A stretch of 64,000 nucleotides of DNA, taken from Haplodiscus bocki (Eukaryota). The stretch covers positions 100,998,001 to 101,062,000 of the forward strand of contig OZ296648.1 of the NCBI GenBank assembly GCA_965655095.1, read 5' to 3'. The position numbers were made by a program, and so were the translations under genes. Position 1 is the stretch's first letter; every line of letters begins with the position of its first letter. Of the stretch, positions 22,701-37,240 are shown one piece after another. The notes under the pieces are model-generated. The model ran no database searches and was not told the origin of the DNA. It saw only the letters and a program-made list of their open reading frames with translations.

Positions 22701-25700
22701 CTCCGCGATAAGTTTATTAACTTTCTCTGGCTGATTAACCTTTTGCTGCCCGACACAAAATCGATAATAGCATAAATGAAAATGCTGCTGCGAGTAGGAG
22801 GCATTCCAAGGACAAGGGCAAAAATAATCGATTTTCGATCCAACTGTCTCTTACTAGTGAAATGCAGTCATCTGACAGTCTGGTGGAAGAAATCAAGCCT
22901 GCTGTTTTGATGGAATTTGAGTTCAATCAACGACCAATGTTAATGCAAAGAGCATTTTGTAACTTTTTCGTCCGTTTGGGATTCCAACGCCAAGAATAAT
23001 GTTAGTGATTTCGAATTCAAAAGTCTTCTTCAATTAGGAAGTTGTCGATTGAGAGTAGGGTGGAAGACTTCCACACGGTAATGCAGTCGGTGGACAAGGA
23101 AAAAAATTTAGTTTCAGACTTGTGGAAGCTCGGATCTAGTTGAAATCTTTGCCGTTTTCGGCTTGGTAGGGTATGGAAGATCGTAAGAAAGGTTTCTTGA
23201 TCGTAGATAATTTTACAAGAGAAATTGTTGATTGACAGCTTGGTGGATGAATCCAGCAAATGGTTATGACGAAATAAAAAGGCAACTAGTCATTGCGGAC
23301 GGTCTTTGTTGCTTGACTTTTCAGCTTAGCCAAGATTGCAATGCGGGACATCGAGTCGATGATGATTCAATTGGAATTGTTTCTTCAGGTTGGGGACTGT
23401 TGATAGGGTTGTTAGGGGATGTAATTCAGCTGGTATTTATTGTAAAATGTTAATTTGAATTTGGCGGAAAACCCTTACATACATAAAACTCTTTTGACCT
23501 ATCAGGATCACAAAACCAGACGGACAATCGGTACTGTCCCTACTGAATATGCCTCTAGCGGTGAAAAATGTTGATTGGTACTTTGCTGGATTTAATCCGG
23601 CCAGAGTTACAGGAAGCTTAGACTTCTTCATATAGGAGTTTCAATTTTAGTCGCTTTCTTTGGCTGTCAGATTTTCATTCAGGATACAAAAACAGTGTTA
23701 GACTGACTCAACTTCTCTGCAAAGCAACGGTTGATTGGGGTCTTCAGAGAATGTAATCCAGCGAATAATTCGGCAAAAATTGATTTTTATATCGGAAAAT
23801 CGAGAGGGAAAGGTACTACCGACTTTACAAGGTTTTGATAAGAAACTCAAAAATTGCGATGGGCTTTTTGTAAATGACTTTGTTAAAGAAAATTGTTGAC
23901 TGGGTCCTCATCAGTTATAATCCTTTTTTTCTTGTAAACTTATGATTTAAATTACAAGGAGAAGCAATACGGGGTGAAAAATTTCTTGCATTTTTGAACT
24001 TCCTCAGCTCTAATGCAGGATGTAAAAGCCGTGTTGATCCAATTGAACTTGGCCCCAGAAATAAAAAATCCCTTGATTGGGAACTTCAGGAGGTGTAATC
24101 AAGTTGGTAGTTTTTGGGAAATGTTGGTTTGACTTTCGCCCAAAATCAAATGGAAGAACAATCTTTAGTGTACTAGAATTCTCTTAGAAGACACACAAAT
24201 GGTAGCGGCTCGAATGAAATTAGTTTTACAAGTATGAAACTCTTCATTGGGGGCTTTTTTCGATATAATCCGTCCTGTAATTATGTAAAGAAGTGACTCC
24301 GCGATAAGTTTATTAACTTTCTCTGGCTGATTAACCTTTTGCTGCCCGACACAAAATCGATAATAGCATAAATGAAAATGCTGCTGCGAGTAGGAGGCAT
24401 TCCAAGGACAAAGGCAAAAATAATCGATTTTCGATCCAACTGTCTCTTACTAGTGAAATAAAGTCATCTGACAGTCTGGTGGAAGAAATCAAGCCTGCTG
24501 TTTTGATGGAATTTGAGTTCAATCAACGACCAATGTTAATGCAAAGAGCATTTTGTAACTTTTTCGTCCGTTTGGGATTCCAACGCCAAGAATAATGTTA
24601 GTGATTTCGAATCCAAAAGTCTTCTTCAATTAGGAAGTTGTCGATTGAGAGTAGGCTGGAAGACTTCCACACGGTAATGCAGTCGGTGGACAAAGAAAAA
24701 AATTTAGTTTCAGACTTGTGGAATCTCGGATCTAGTTGAAATCTTTGCCGTTTTCGGCTTGGTAGGGTATGGAAGATCGTAAGAAAGGTTTCTTGATCGT
24801 AGATATTTTTACAAGAGAAATTGTTGATTGACAGCTTGGTGGATGAATCCGGCAAATGGTTATGACGAAATAAAAAGGCAACTAGTCATTGCGGACGGTC
24901 TTTGTTGCTTGACTTTTCAGCTTAGCCAAGATTGCAATGCGGGACATCGAGTCGATGATGATTCAATTGGAATTGTTTCTTCAGGTTGGGGACTGTTGAT
25001 AGGGTTGTTAGGGGATGTAATTCAGCTGGTATTTATTGTAAAATGTTAATTTGAATTTGGCGGAAAACCCTTACATACATAAAACTCTTTTGACCTATCA
25101 GGATCACAAAACCAGACGGACAATCGGTACTGTCCCTACTGAATATGCCTCTAGCGGTGAAAAATGTTGATTGGTACTTTGCTGGATTTAATCCGGCCAG
25201 AGTTACAGGAAGCTTAGACTTCTTCATATAGGAGTTTCAATTTTAGTCGCTTTCTTTGGCTGTCAGATTTTCATTCAGGATACAAAAACAGTGTTAGACT
25301 GACTCAACTTCTCTGCAAAGCAACGGTTGATTGGGGTCTTCAGAGAATGTAATCCAGCGAATAATTCGGCAAAAATTGATTTTTATATCGGAAAATCGAG
25401 AGGGAAAGGTACTACCGACTTTACAAGGTTTTGATAAGAAACTCAAAAATTTCGATGGGCTTTTTGTAAATGACTTTGTTAAAGAAAATTGTTGACTGGG
25501 TCCTCATCAGTTATAATCCTGAGTTTTTTCTTGTAAACTTATGATTTAAATTACAAGGAGAAGCAATACGGGGTGAAAAATTTCTTGCATTTTTGAACTT
25601 CCTCAGCTCTCATGCAGGATGTAAAAGCCGTGTTGATCCAATTGAACTTGGCCCCAGAAATAAAAAATCCCTTGATTGGGAACTTCAGGAGGTGTAATCA

Positions 25701-28700
25701 AGTTGGTAGTTTTTGGGAAATGTTGGTTTGAATTTCGCCCAAAATCAAATGGAAGAACAATCTTTAGTGTACTAGAATTCTCTTAGAAGACACACAAATG
25801 GTAGTGGCTCGAATGAAATTAGTTTTACAAGTATCAAACTCTTCATTGGGGGCTTTTTTCGATATAATCCGTCCTGTAATTATGTAAAGAAGTGACTCCG
25901 CGATAAGTTTATTAACTTTCTCTGGCTGATTAACCTTTTGCTGCCCGACACAAAATCGATAATAGCATAAATGAAAATGCTGCTGCGAGTAGGAGGCATT
26001 CCAAGGACAAGGGCAAAAATAATCGATTTTCGATCCAACTGTCTCTTACTAGTGAAATGCAGTCATCTGACAGTCTGGTGGAAGAAATCAAGCCTGCTGT
26101 TTTGATGGAATTTGAGTTCAATCAACGACCAATGTTAATGCAAAGAGCATTTTGTAACTTTTTCATCCGTTTGGGATTCCAACGCCAAGAATAATGTTAG
26201 TGATTTCGAATCCAAAAGTCTTCTTCAATTAGGAAGTTGTCGATTGAGAGTAGGCTGGAAGACTTCCACACGGTAATGCAGTCGGTGGACAAAGAAAAAA
26301 ATTTAGTTTCAGACTTGTGGAATCTCGGATCTAGTTGAAATCTTTGCCGTTTTCGGCTTGGTAGGGTATGGAAGATCGTAAGAAAGGTTTCTTGATCGTA
26401 GATATTTTTACAAGAGAAATTGTTGATTGACAGCTTGGTGGATGAATCCGGCAAATGGTTATGACGAAATAAAAAGGCAACTAGTCATTGCGGACGGTCT
26501 TTGTTGCTTGACTTTTCAGCTTAGCCAAGATTGCAATGCGGGACATCGAGTCGATGATGATTCAATTGGAATTGTTTCTTCAGGTTGGGGACTGTTGATA
26601 GGGTTGTTAGGGGATGTAATTCAGCTGGTATTTATTGTAAAATGTTAATTTGAATTTGGCGGAAAACCCTTACATACATAAAACTCTTTTGACCTATCAG
26701 GATCACAAAACCAGACGGACAATCGGTACTGTCCCTACTGAATATGCCTCTAGCGGTGAAAAATGTTGATTGGTACTTTGCTGGATTTAATCCGGCCAGA
26801 GTTACAGGAAGCTTAGACTTCTTCATATAGGAGTTTCAATTTTAGTCGCTTTCTTTGGCTGTCAGATTTTCATTCAGGATACAAAAACAGTGTTAGACTG
26901 ACTCAACTTCTCTGCAAAGCAACGGTTGATTGGGGTCTTCAGAGAATGTAATCCAGCGAATAATTCGGCAAAAATTGATTTTTATATCGGAAAATCGAGA
27001 GGGAAAGGTACTACCGACTTTACAAGGTTTTGATAAGAAACTCAAAAATTTCGATGGGCTTTTTGTAAATGACTTTGTTAAAGAAAATTGTTGACTGGGT
27101 CCTCATCAGTTATAATCCTGAGTTTTTTCTTGTAAACTTATGATTTAAATTACAAGGAGAAGCAATACGGGGTGAAAAATTTCTTGCATTTTTGAACTTC
27201 CTCAGCTCTCATGCAGGATGTAAAAGCCGTGTTGATTCAATTGATAGTGGTCCCGGAAATGAAGAACCTTTATTGGGAACTTCAGGAGGTGTAATCAAGT
27301 TGGTAGTTTTTGGGAAATGTTGGTTTGAATTTCGCCCAAAATCAAATGGAAGAACAATCTTTAGTGTACTCGAATTCTCTTAGAAGACACACAAATGGTA
27401 GTGGCTCGAATGAAATTAGTTTTACAAGTATCAAACTCTTCATTGGGGGCTTTTTTCGATATAATCCGTCCTGTAATTATGTAAAGAAGTGACTCCGCGA
27501 TAAGTTTATTAACTTTCTCTGGCTGATTAACCTTTTGCTGCCCGACACAAAATCGATAATAGCATAAATGAAAATGCTGCTGCGAGTAGGAGGCATTCCA
27601 AGGACAAGGGCAAAAATAATCGATTTTCGATCCAACTGTCTCTTACTAGTGAAATGCAGTCATCTGACAGTCTGGTGGAAGAAATCAAGCCTGCTGTTTT
27701 GATGGAATTTGAGTTCAATCAACGACCAATGTTAATGCAAAGAGCATTTTGTAACTTTTTCGTCCGTTTGGGATTCCAACGCCAAGAATAATGTTAGTGA
27801 TTTCGAATTCAAAAGTCTTCTTCAATTAGGAAGTTGTCGATTGAGAGTAGGGTGGAAGACTTCCACACGGTAATGCAGTCGGTGGACAAGGAAAAAAATT
27901 TAGTTTCAGACTTGTGGAAGCTCGGATCTAGTTGAAATCTTTGCCGTTTTCGGCTTGGTAGGGTATGGAAGATCGTAAGAAAGGTTTCTTGATCGTAGAT
28001 AATTTTACAAGAGAAATTGTTGATTGACAGCTTGGTGGATGAATCCAGCAAATGGTTATGACGAAATAAAAAGGCAACTAGTCATTGCGGACGGTCTTTG
28101 TTGCTTGACTTTTCAGCTTAGCCAAGATTGCAATGCGGGACATCGAGTCGATGATGATTCAATTGGAATTGTTTCTTCAGGTTGGGGACTGTTGATAGGG
28201 TTGTTAGGGGATGTAATTCAGCTGGTATTTATTGTAAAATGTTAATTTGAATTTGGCGGAAAACCCTTACATACATAAAACTCTTTTGACCTATCAGGAT
28301 CACAAAACCAGACGGACAATCGGTACTGTCCCTACTGAATATGCCTCTAGCGGTGAAAAATGTTGATTGGTACTTTGCTGGATTTAATACGGCCAGAGTT
28401 ACAGGAAGCTTAGACTTCTTCATATAGGAGTTTCAATTTTAGTCGCTTTCTTTGGCTGTCAGATTTTCATTCAGGATACAAAAACAGTGTTAGACTGACT
28501 CAACTTCTCTGCAAAGCAACGGTTGATTGGGGTCTTCAGAGAATGTAATCCAGCGAATAATTCGGCAAAAATTGATTTTTATATCGGAAAATCGAGAGGG
28601 AAAGGTACTACCGACTTTACAAGGTTTTGATAAGAAACTCAAAAATTGCGATGGGCTTTTTGTAAATGACTTTGTTAAAGAAAATTGTTGACTGGGTCCT

Positions 28701-31700
28701 CATCAGTTATAATCCTTTTTTTCTTGTAAACTTATGATTTAAATTACAAGGAGAAGCAATACGGGGTGAAAAATTTCTTGCATTTTTGAACTTCCTCAGC
28801 TCTAATGCAGGATGTAAAAGCCGTGTTGATCCAATTGAACTTGGCCCCAGAAATAAAAAATCCCTTGATTGGGAACTTCAGGAGGTGTAATCAAGTTGGT
28901 AGTTTTTGGGAAATGTTGGTTTGACTTTCGCCCAAAATCAAATGGAAGAACAATCTTTAGTGTACTAGAATTCTCTTAGAAGACACACAAATGGTAGCGG
29001 CTCGAATGAAATTAGTTTTACAAGTATGAAACTCTTCATTGGGGGCTTTTTTCGATATAATCCGTCCTGTAATTATGTAAAGAAGTGACTCCGCGATAAG
29101 TTTATTAACTTTCTCTGGCTGATTAACCTTTTGCTGCCCGACACAAAATCGATAATAGCATAAATGAAAATGCTGCTGCGAGTAGGAGGCATTCCAAGGA
29201 CAAAGGCAAAAATAATCGATTTTCGATCCAACTGTCTCTTACTAGTGAAATAAAGTCATCTGACAGTCTGGTGGAAGAAATCAAGCCTGCTGTTTTGATG
29301 GAATTTGAGTTCAATCAACGACCAATGTTAATGCAAAGAGCATTTTGTAACTTTTTCGTCCGTTTGGGATTCCAACGCCAAGAATAATGTTAGTGATTTC
29401 GAATCCAAAAGTCTTCTTCAATTAGGAAGTTGTCGATTGAGAGTAGGCTGGAAGACTTCCACACGGTAATGCAGTCGGTGGACAAAGAAAAAAATTTAGT
29501 TTCAGACTTGTGGAATCTCGGATCTAGTTGAAATCTTTGCCGTTTTCGGCTTGGTAGGGTATGGAAGATCGTAAGAAAGGTTTCTTGATCGTAGATATTT
29601 TTACAAGAGAAATTGTTGATTGACAGCTTGGTGGATGAATCCGGCAAATGGTTATGACGAAATAAAAAGGCAACTAGTCATTGCGGACGGTCTTTGTTGC
29701 TTGACTTTTCAGCTTAGCCAAGATTGCAATGCGGGACATCGAGTCGATGATGATTCAATTGGAATTGTTTCTTCAGGTTGGGGACTGTTGATAGGGTTGT
29801 TAGGGGATGTAATTCAGCTGGTATTTATTGTAAAATGTTAATTTGAATTTGGCGGAAAACCCTTACATACATAAAACTCTTTTGACCTATCAGGATCACA
29901 AAACCAGACGGACAATCGGTACTGTCCCTACTGAATATGCCTCTAGCGGTGAAAAATGTTGATTGGTACTTTGCTGGATTTAATCCGGCCAGAGTTACAG
30001 GAAGCTTAGACTTCTTCATATAGGAGTTTCAATTTTAGTCGCTTTCTTTGGCTGTCAGATTTTCATTCAGGATACAAAAACAGTGTTAGACTGACTCAAC
30101 TTCTCTGCAAAGCAACGGTTGATTGGGGTCTTCAGAGAATGTAATCCAGCGAATAATTCGGCAAAAATTGATTTTTATATCGGAAAATCGAGAGGGAAAG
30201 GTACTACCGACTTTACAAGGTTTTGATAAGAAACTCAAAAATTTCGATGGGCTTTTTGTAAATGACTTTGTTAAAGAAAATTGTTGACTGGGTCCTCATC
30301 AGTTATAATCCTGAGTTTTTTCTTGTAAACTTATGATTTAAATTACAAGGAGAAGCAATACGGGGTGAAAAATTTCTTGCATTTTTGAACTTCCTCAGCT
30401 CTCATGCAGGATGTAAAAGCCGTGTTGATCCAATTGAACTTGGCCCCAGAAATAAAAAATCCCTTGATTGGGAACTTCAGGAGGTGTAATCAAGTTGGTA
30501 GTTTTTGGGAAATGTTGGTTTGAATTTCGCCCAAAATCAAATGGAAGAACAATCTTTAGTGTACTAGAATTCTCTTAGAAGACACACAAATGGTAGTGGC
30601 TCGAATGAAATTAGTTTTACAAGTATCAAACTCTTCATTGGGGGCTTTTTTCGATATAATCCGTCCTGTAATTATGTAAAGAAGTGACTCCGCGATAAGT
30701 TTATTAACTTTCTCTGGCTGATTAACCTTTTGCTGCCCGACACAAAATCGATAATAGCATAAATGAAAATGCTGCTGCGAGTAGGAGGCATTCCAAGGAC
30801 AAGGGCAAAAATAATCGATTTTCGATCCAACTGTCTCTTACTAGTGAAATGCAGTCATCTGACAGTCTGGTGGAAGAAATCAAGCCTGCTGTTTTGATGG
30901 AATTTGAGTTCAATCAACGACCAATGTTAATGCAAAGAGCATTTTGTAACTTTTTCATCCGTTTGGGATTCCAACGCCAAGAATAATGTTAGTGATTTCG
31001 AATCCAAAAGTCTTCTTCAATTAGGAAGTTGTCGATTGAGAGTAGGCTGGAAGACTTCCACACGGTAATGCAGTCGGTGGACAAAGAAAAAAATTTAGTT
31101 TCAGACTTGTGGAATCTCGGATCTAGTTGAAATCTTTGCCGTTTTCGGCTTGGTAGGGTATGGAAGATCGTAAGAAAGGTTTCTTGATCGTAGATATTTT
31201 TACAAGAGAAATTGTTGATTGACAGCTTGGTGGATGAATCCGGCAAATGGTTATGACGAAATAAAAAGGCAACTAGTCATTGCGGACGGTCTTTGTTGCT
31301 TGACTTTTCAGCTTAGCCAAGATTGCAATGCGGGACATCGAGTCGATGATGATTCAATTGGAATTGTTTCTTCAGGTTGGGGACTGTTGATAGGGTTGTT
31401 AGGGGATGTAATTCAGCTGGTATTTATTGTAAAATGTTAATTTGAATTTGGCGGAAAACCCTTACATACATAAAACTCTTTTGACCTATCAGGATCACAA
31501 AACCAGACGGACAATCGGTACTGTCCCTACTGAATATGCCTCTAGCGGTGAAAAATGTTGATTGGTACTTTGCTGGATTTAATCCGGCCAGAGTTACAGG
31601 AAGCTTAGACTTCTTCATATAGGAGTTTCAATTTTAGTCGCTTTCTTTGGCTGTCAGATTTTCATTCAGGATACAAAAACAGTGTTAGACTGACTCAACT

Positions 31701-34700
31701 TCTCTGCAAAGCAACGGTTGATTGGGGTCTTCAGAGAATGTAATCCAGCGAATAATTCGGCAAAAATTGATTTTTATATCGGAAAATCGAGAGGGAAAGG
31801 TACTACCGACTTTACAAGGTTTTGATAAGAAACTCAAAAATTTCGATGGGCTTTTTGTAAATGACTTTGTTAAAGAAAATTGTTGACTGGGTCCTCATCA
31901 GTTATAATCCTGAGTTTTTTCTTGTAAACTTATGATTTAAATTACAAGGAGAAGCAATACGGGGTGAAAAATTTCTTGCATTTTTGAACTTCCTCAGCTC
32001 TCATGCAGGATGTAAAAGCCGTGTTGATCCAATTGAACTTGGCCCCAGAAATAAAAAATCCCTTGATTGGGAACTTCAGGAGGTGTAATCAAGTTGGTAG
32101 TTTTTGGGAAATGTTGGTTTGAATTTCGCCCAAAATCAAATGGAAGAACAATCTTTAGTGTACTAGAATTCTCTTAGAAGACACACAAATGGTAGTGGCT
32201 CGAATGAAATTAGTTTTACAAGTATGAAACTCTTCATTGGGGGCTTTTTTCGATATAATCCGTCCTGTAATTATGTAAAGAAGTGACTCCGCGATAAGTT
32301 TTTCAACTTTTTCTGGCTGATTAACGTTTTGCTGCCCGACACAAAATCGATAATAGCAAAAAAGAAAATGCTGCTGCGAGTAAGAGGCATTTCAAGGACA
32401 AGGCCAAAGATAATCGATTTTCGATCCAACTGTCTTGTACAAGTGGAAAGCAGTCATCTGGGAGTTTGGTGGAAGAACTCAAGTTTTCGGTTTTGATGGA
32501 TTTTGAGTTCAATCAACGACTAATGTTAATGCAAAGAGCATTTTGTAACTTTTTCGTCCGTTTGGGATTCCAACGCCAAGAATAATGTTAGTGATTTCGA
32601 ATCCAAAAGTCTTCTTCAATTAGGAAGTTGTCGATTGAGAGTAGGGTGGAAGACTTCCACACGGTAATGCAGTCGGTGGACAAGGAAAAAAATTTAGTTT
32701 CAGACTGGTGGAAGCTCGGATCTAGTTGAAATCGTTGCCGTTTGCCGCTTGGTAGGATATGGAAGATCGTAAGAAAGGTTTCTTGATCGTAGATATTTTT
32801 ACAAGAGAAATTGTTGATTGACAGCTTGGTGGATGAATCCGGCAAATGGTTATGACGAAATAAAAAGGCAACTAGTCATTGCGGACGGTCTTTGTTGCTT
32901 GACTTTTCAGCTTAGCCAAGATTGCAATGCGGGACATCGAGTCGATGATGATTCAATTGGAATTGTTTCTTCAGGTTGGGGACTGTTGATAGGGTTGTTA
33001 GGGGATGTAATTCAGCTGGTATTTATTGTAAAATGTTAATTTGAATTTGGCGGAAAACCCTTACATACATAAAACTCTTTTGACCTATCAGGATCACAAA
33101 ACCAGACGGACAATCGGTACTGTCCCTACTGAATATGCCTCTAGCGGTGAAAAATGTTGATTGGTACTTTGCTGGATTTAATCCGGCCAGAGTTACAGGA
33201 AGCTTAGACTTCTTCATATAGGAGTTTCAATTTTAGTCGCTTTCTTTGGCTGTCAGATTTCAATGAATGATACAAAACCAGTGTTAGACTGACTGAACTT
33301 CTCTGCAAAGCAGCGGTTGATTGGGGTCTTCAGGGAATGTAATCCAGCGAATATTTCGGCAAAAATTGATTTTTATATCGGAAAATCGAAAGGAAAGGTA
33401 GTACCGACTTTACAAGGTTTTGATAAGAAACTCAAAAACTTCGATGGATTTTTTGTAAAGGACTTTGTTTTAGAAAATTGTTGACTGGGTCCTCATCAGT
33501 TATAATCCTGAGTTTTTTCTTGTAAACTTATGATTTAAATTACAAGGAGAAGCAATACGGGGTGAAAAATTTCTTGCATTTTTGAACTTCCTCAGCTCTC
33601 ATGCAGGATGTAAAAGCCGTGTTGATCCAATTGAACTTGGCCCCAGAAATAAAAAATCCCTTGATTGGGAACTTCAGGAGGTGTAATCAAGTTGGTAGTT
33701 TTTGGGAAATGTTGGTTTGAATTTCGCCCAAAATCAAATGGAAGAACAATCTTTAGTGTACTAGAATTCTCTTAGAAGACACACAAATGGTAGTGGCTCG
33801 AATGAAATTAGTTTTACAAGTATGAAACTCTTCATTGGGGGCTTTTTTCGATATAATCCGTCCTGTAATTATGTAAAGAAGTGACTCCGCGATAAGTTTT
33901 TCAACTTTTTCTGGCTGATTAACGTTTTGCTGCCCGACACAAAATCGATAATAGCAAAAAAGAAAATGCTGCTGCGAGTAAGAGGCATTTCAAGGACAAG
34001 GCCAAAGATAATCGATTTTCGATCCAACTGTCTTGTACAAGTGGAAAGCAGTCATCTGGGAGTTTGGTGGAAGAACTCAAGTTTTCGCTTTTGATGGATT
34101 TTGAGTTCAATCAACGACTAATGTTAATGCAAAGAGCATTTTGTAACTCTTTCATCCGTTTGGGATTCCAACGCCAAGGATAATGTTAGTGATTTCGAAT
34201 TCATAAGTCTTCTTCAATTAGGATGTTGTCGATTGAGAGTAGGGTGGAAGACTTCCACACGGTAATGCAGTCGGTGGACAAGGAAAAAAATTTAGTTTCA
34301 GACTTGTGGAAGCTCGGATCTAGTTGAAATCGTTGCCGTTTGCCGCTTGGTAGGATATGTGAGATCGTGAGAAAGGTTTCTTGGTCGTAGATAATTTTAC
34401 AAGAGAAATTGTTGATTGACAGCTTGGTGGATGAATCCAGCAAATGGTTTTGACGAAATAAAAAGGCAACTACTCATTGCGGACGGTCTTTGTTGCTTGA
34501 CTTTTCAGCTTATCAAGATTGCAATGCGGGACATCGAATCGATGGTGATTCATTTGGCATTGTTTCTTCAGGATGGAGACTGTTGATTGGGTTCTTAGGG
34601 GATGTAAATCAGCTGGTAGTAATTGTAAAATGTTAATTTGAATTTCGCGGAAGAACCTTACATACATAAAACTCTTTTGAGCTTTCAGGATCACAAAACC

Positions 34701-36535
34701 AGACGGACTATCAGTACTGTCTCTACTGAAAATGCCTCTAGTGGTGAAAAATTTTGATTGGTACTTTGCTGGGTGTTATCCGGCCAGAGTTACAGGGAGC
34801 TTAGAGTTCTTCGTATTGGTGTTTCATTTTTAGTCGCTTTTTTTGGCTGTCAGATTTCCATGAAGGATACAAAACCAGTGTTGGACTGACTGGACTTCTC
34901 TGCAAAGCAGCGGTTGATTGGGGTCTTCAGAGAATGTAATCCAGCGAATAATTCGGCAAAAATTGATTTTTATATCGGAAAATCGAAAGGAAAGGTAGTA
35001 CCGACTTTACAAGGTTTTGATAAACTCAAAAACTTCGATGGGCTTTTCGTAAATGACTTTGTTTTAGAAAATTGTTGATTGGGTCCTTATCAGTTATAAT
35101 CCAGAGATTTTTCTTGTGAACTTATGATTTAAATTTCAAGGAAAAGCAATACTAGTGAAAAATTTCTGGCTTTTTTGACCTTCCTCAGTTCTCATACAGG
35201 ATGTAAAAGCCGTGTTGATTCATTTGAAAGTGGTCCCAGAAATAAAGAACCTTTATTGGGAACTTAAGGGTGTAATCAAGCTGGTTGTTTTTGGGAAATG
35301 TTGGTTTGAATTTCTCCCAAAATCAATATGAAGAACAATCTTTATTGTATTAGAATTCTATTAGAAAGCGAAAAATTGGTAGTGGCTCGAATGAAGTTAG
35401 TTTTACAAGTATGAAACTCTTCATTGGGGGCTTCTCTCGATATAATCCGTCCTGTAATTATGTAAAGAAGTGACTCCGCGATAAGTTTATTAACTTTTTC
35501 TGGCTGATTAACATTTTGCTGCCCGACACAAAATCGATAATAGCATAAATGAAAATGCTGCTGCGAGTAGGAGGCATTCCAAGGACAAGGGCAAAAATAA
35601 TCGATTTTCGATCCAACTGTCTTGTACAAGTGGAAAGCAGTCATCTGGGAGTTTGGTGGAAGAACTCAAGTTTTCGCTTTTGATGGATTTTGAGTTCAAT
35701 CAACGACTAATGTTAATGCAAAGAGCATTTTGTAACTCTTTCATCCGTTTGGGATTCCAACGCCAAGGATAATGTTAGTGATTTCGAATTCATAAGTCTT
35801 CTTCAATTAGGATGTTGTCCATTGAGAGTAGGGTGGAAGACTTCCACACGGTAATGCAGTTGGTGGACAAGGAGAAAAATAAGTTTCAAAATTACAGGAA
35901 CTCAGATCTAGTCGAACCCGTTGGCGTTTTCAGCTTGGTAGGCTATAGAAGATCAGAAGAGAGGTTTCTTGATCGTAGATAATTTTACAAGAGAAATTGT
36001 TGATTGAGAGCTTGGTGGTTGAATCCAGCCAATGGTTATGACGAAACAAAAAGGCAACTAGTCATGGCGGATGGTATTTGTTGCTTGAGTTTTCAGCTTA
36101 TCAAGATTGCAATGCGGGATATGGAATCGATGATGATTCAATTGGAGTTGTTTTTTCAGGATGGGGACTGTTGATGGGGTTGTTAGGGGATGTGAATTAG
36201 CTGGTAGTTTTCGTAAAATGTTAATTTGAATTTCGCGGAAGACCATTACTTGAAACTGTTTTGATCTATCACGATCCGAAGACCAGACGCACCATCGGTA
36301 CTGTCTCAAATGGAAATGCCTTTTGTAGTAGAAAAATGATGCTTGGTATTTTGCTGGATGTAATCCGGCCAGAGTTATATGGAGCCGAGAGTTCTTCATA
36401 TTGGAATTTCCTTTCCAGTCGCTTTTTTAGCTACTCAGTTTTCCATTCCGGATACAAATTCGGTGTTAGACTAACTGTAATTCTCTACAAACGGACGGTT
36501 GATTGGAGTTTTTAGAGAATGTAATCCAGCGAATT
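16748..36535. repeat. Tandem array of a ~1597-bp unit, about 12.4 copies
   Basis: The same marker ORF starts at 16887, 18478, 20065, 21662, 23259, 24855, 26454, 28051, 29647, 31246, 32845 and 34443; central copies near-identical, flanking copies diverged. Confidence 0.98.
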
Positions 36536-37240
36536 TATATTGCGAATGCATAGTTTAGTTTTTTGCGGAAATTCAAAGCTGTCAACAGTCAGAAAACTAT
36601 CAGTATTCAAATGCAAGACTCACATTCAGTGTTGAGTGAAAACAAAATGGCTCTACAAGTGGAAAACTGTTGATTGGGACCTTGATGAATCTAATTCAGC
36701 CGGTAGATATTGTGAACTAAATTTCGCGAAGCAGTACGAATAAATTGCTGGAATTCTTAGCTTTTGAGGGTTCCAGTACATGCAAATATTCAGTAATGGC
36801 TCCAACGAGAAGACCTCTACAAAAAAGAAACTGTTCACTGGGACGTCGATCGTTGTAACCTGGCGAGTTATGACGAAAATTGACTTCTATCTCAGAAAAT
36901 AAAGACGAATTGCAGCTTTTGACATTACCAGCCTCACATGATTTTGATGGAAAACTCTAAGTTTGTGACGGCCTAATTGAAATTGATAAAAAAATAGAAA
37001 ACTTTTGATTGGGTACTTATTAGATGTAATCCAGCGATTACTTATTCGGACTTTTTAGTTTGACTTTCGCAGAAAAGCAGTACTAAGAACATTTTTTGAC
37101 CTATCAGTTTTCCAATGCAAGACGCGGAATCATTATTGGATCAGAATGAAACTTCTCTTCTAGTGGAAAGCTGGCGATTGGGACCTTGATGGATGTAATC
37201 CAGCGGGTAGTTTCTGTGAACTTCGAGTTTGAATGTCGTT
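36536..37240. repeat. Diverged monomeric ~170-bp satellite flanking the array
   Basis: Motif aaactgttgattgggaccttgatggatgtaatccagc recurs at ~36662, 36828, 36998 and 37167. Confidence 0.75.

Noticed and set aside
16660-36515. Recurrent 60-113 aa ORFs in each array unit as a tandem gene cluster
   Set aside because: Short, on both strands, mostly with non-ATG starts, broken by indels between units, and with no recognisable domain
16748-36535. rDNA, 5S, histone or snRNA tandem cluster
   Set aside because: No recognisable rRNA, histone or snRNA sequence in the unit by eye; an Rfam scan would be needed to exclude a small RNA
16748-37240. Conserved ~36-bp motif with variable intervals as a CRISPR-like array, or as a coding repeat (reads KTVDWDLDGCNPAG in one frame)
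   Set aside because: Motif copies are very degenerate, intervals are 130-180 bp and not unique, no cas-like genes are present, the context is eukaryotic, and the frame is not kept between monomers
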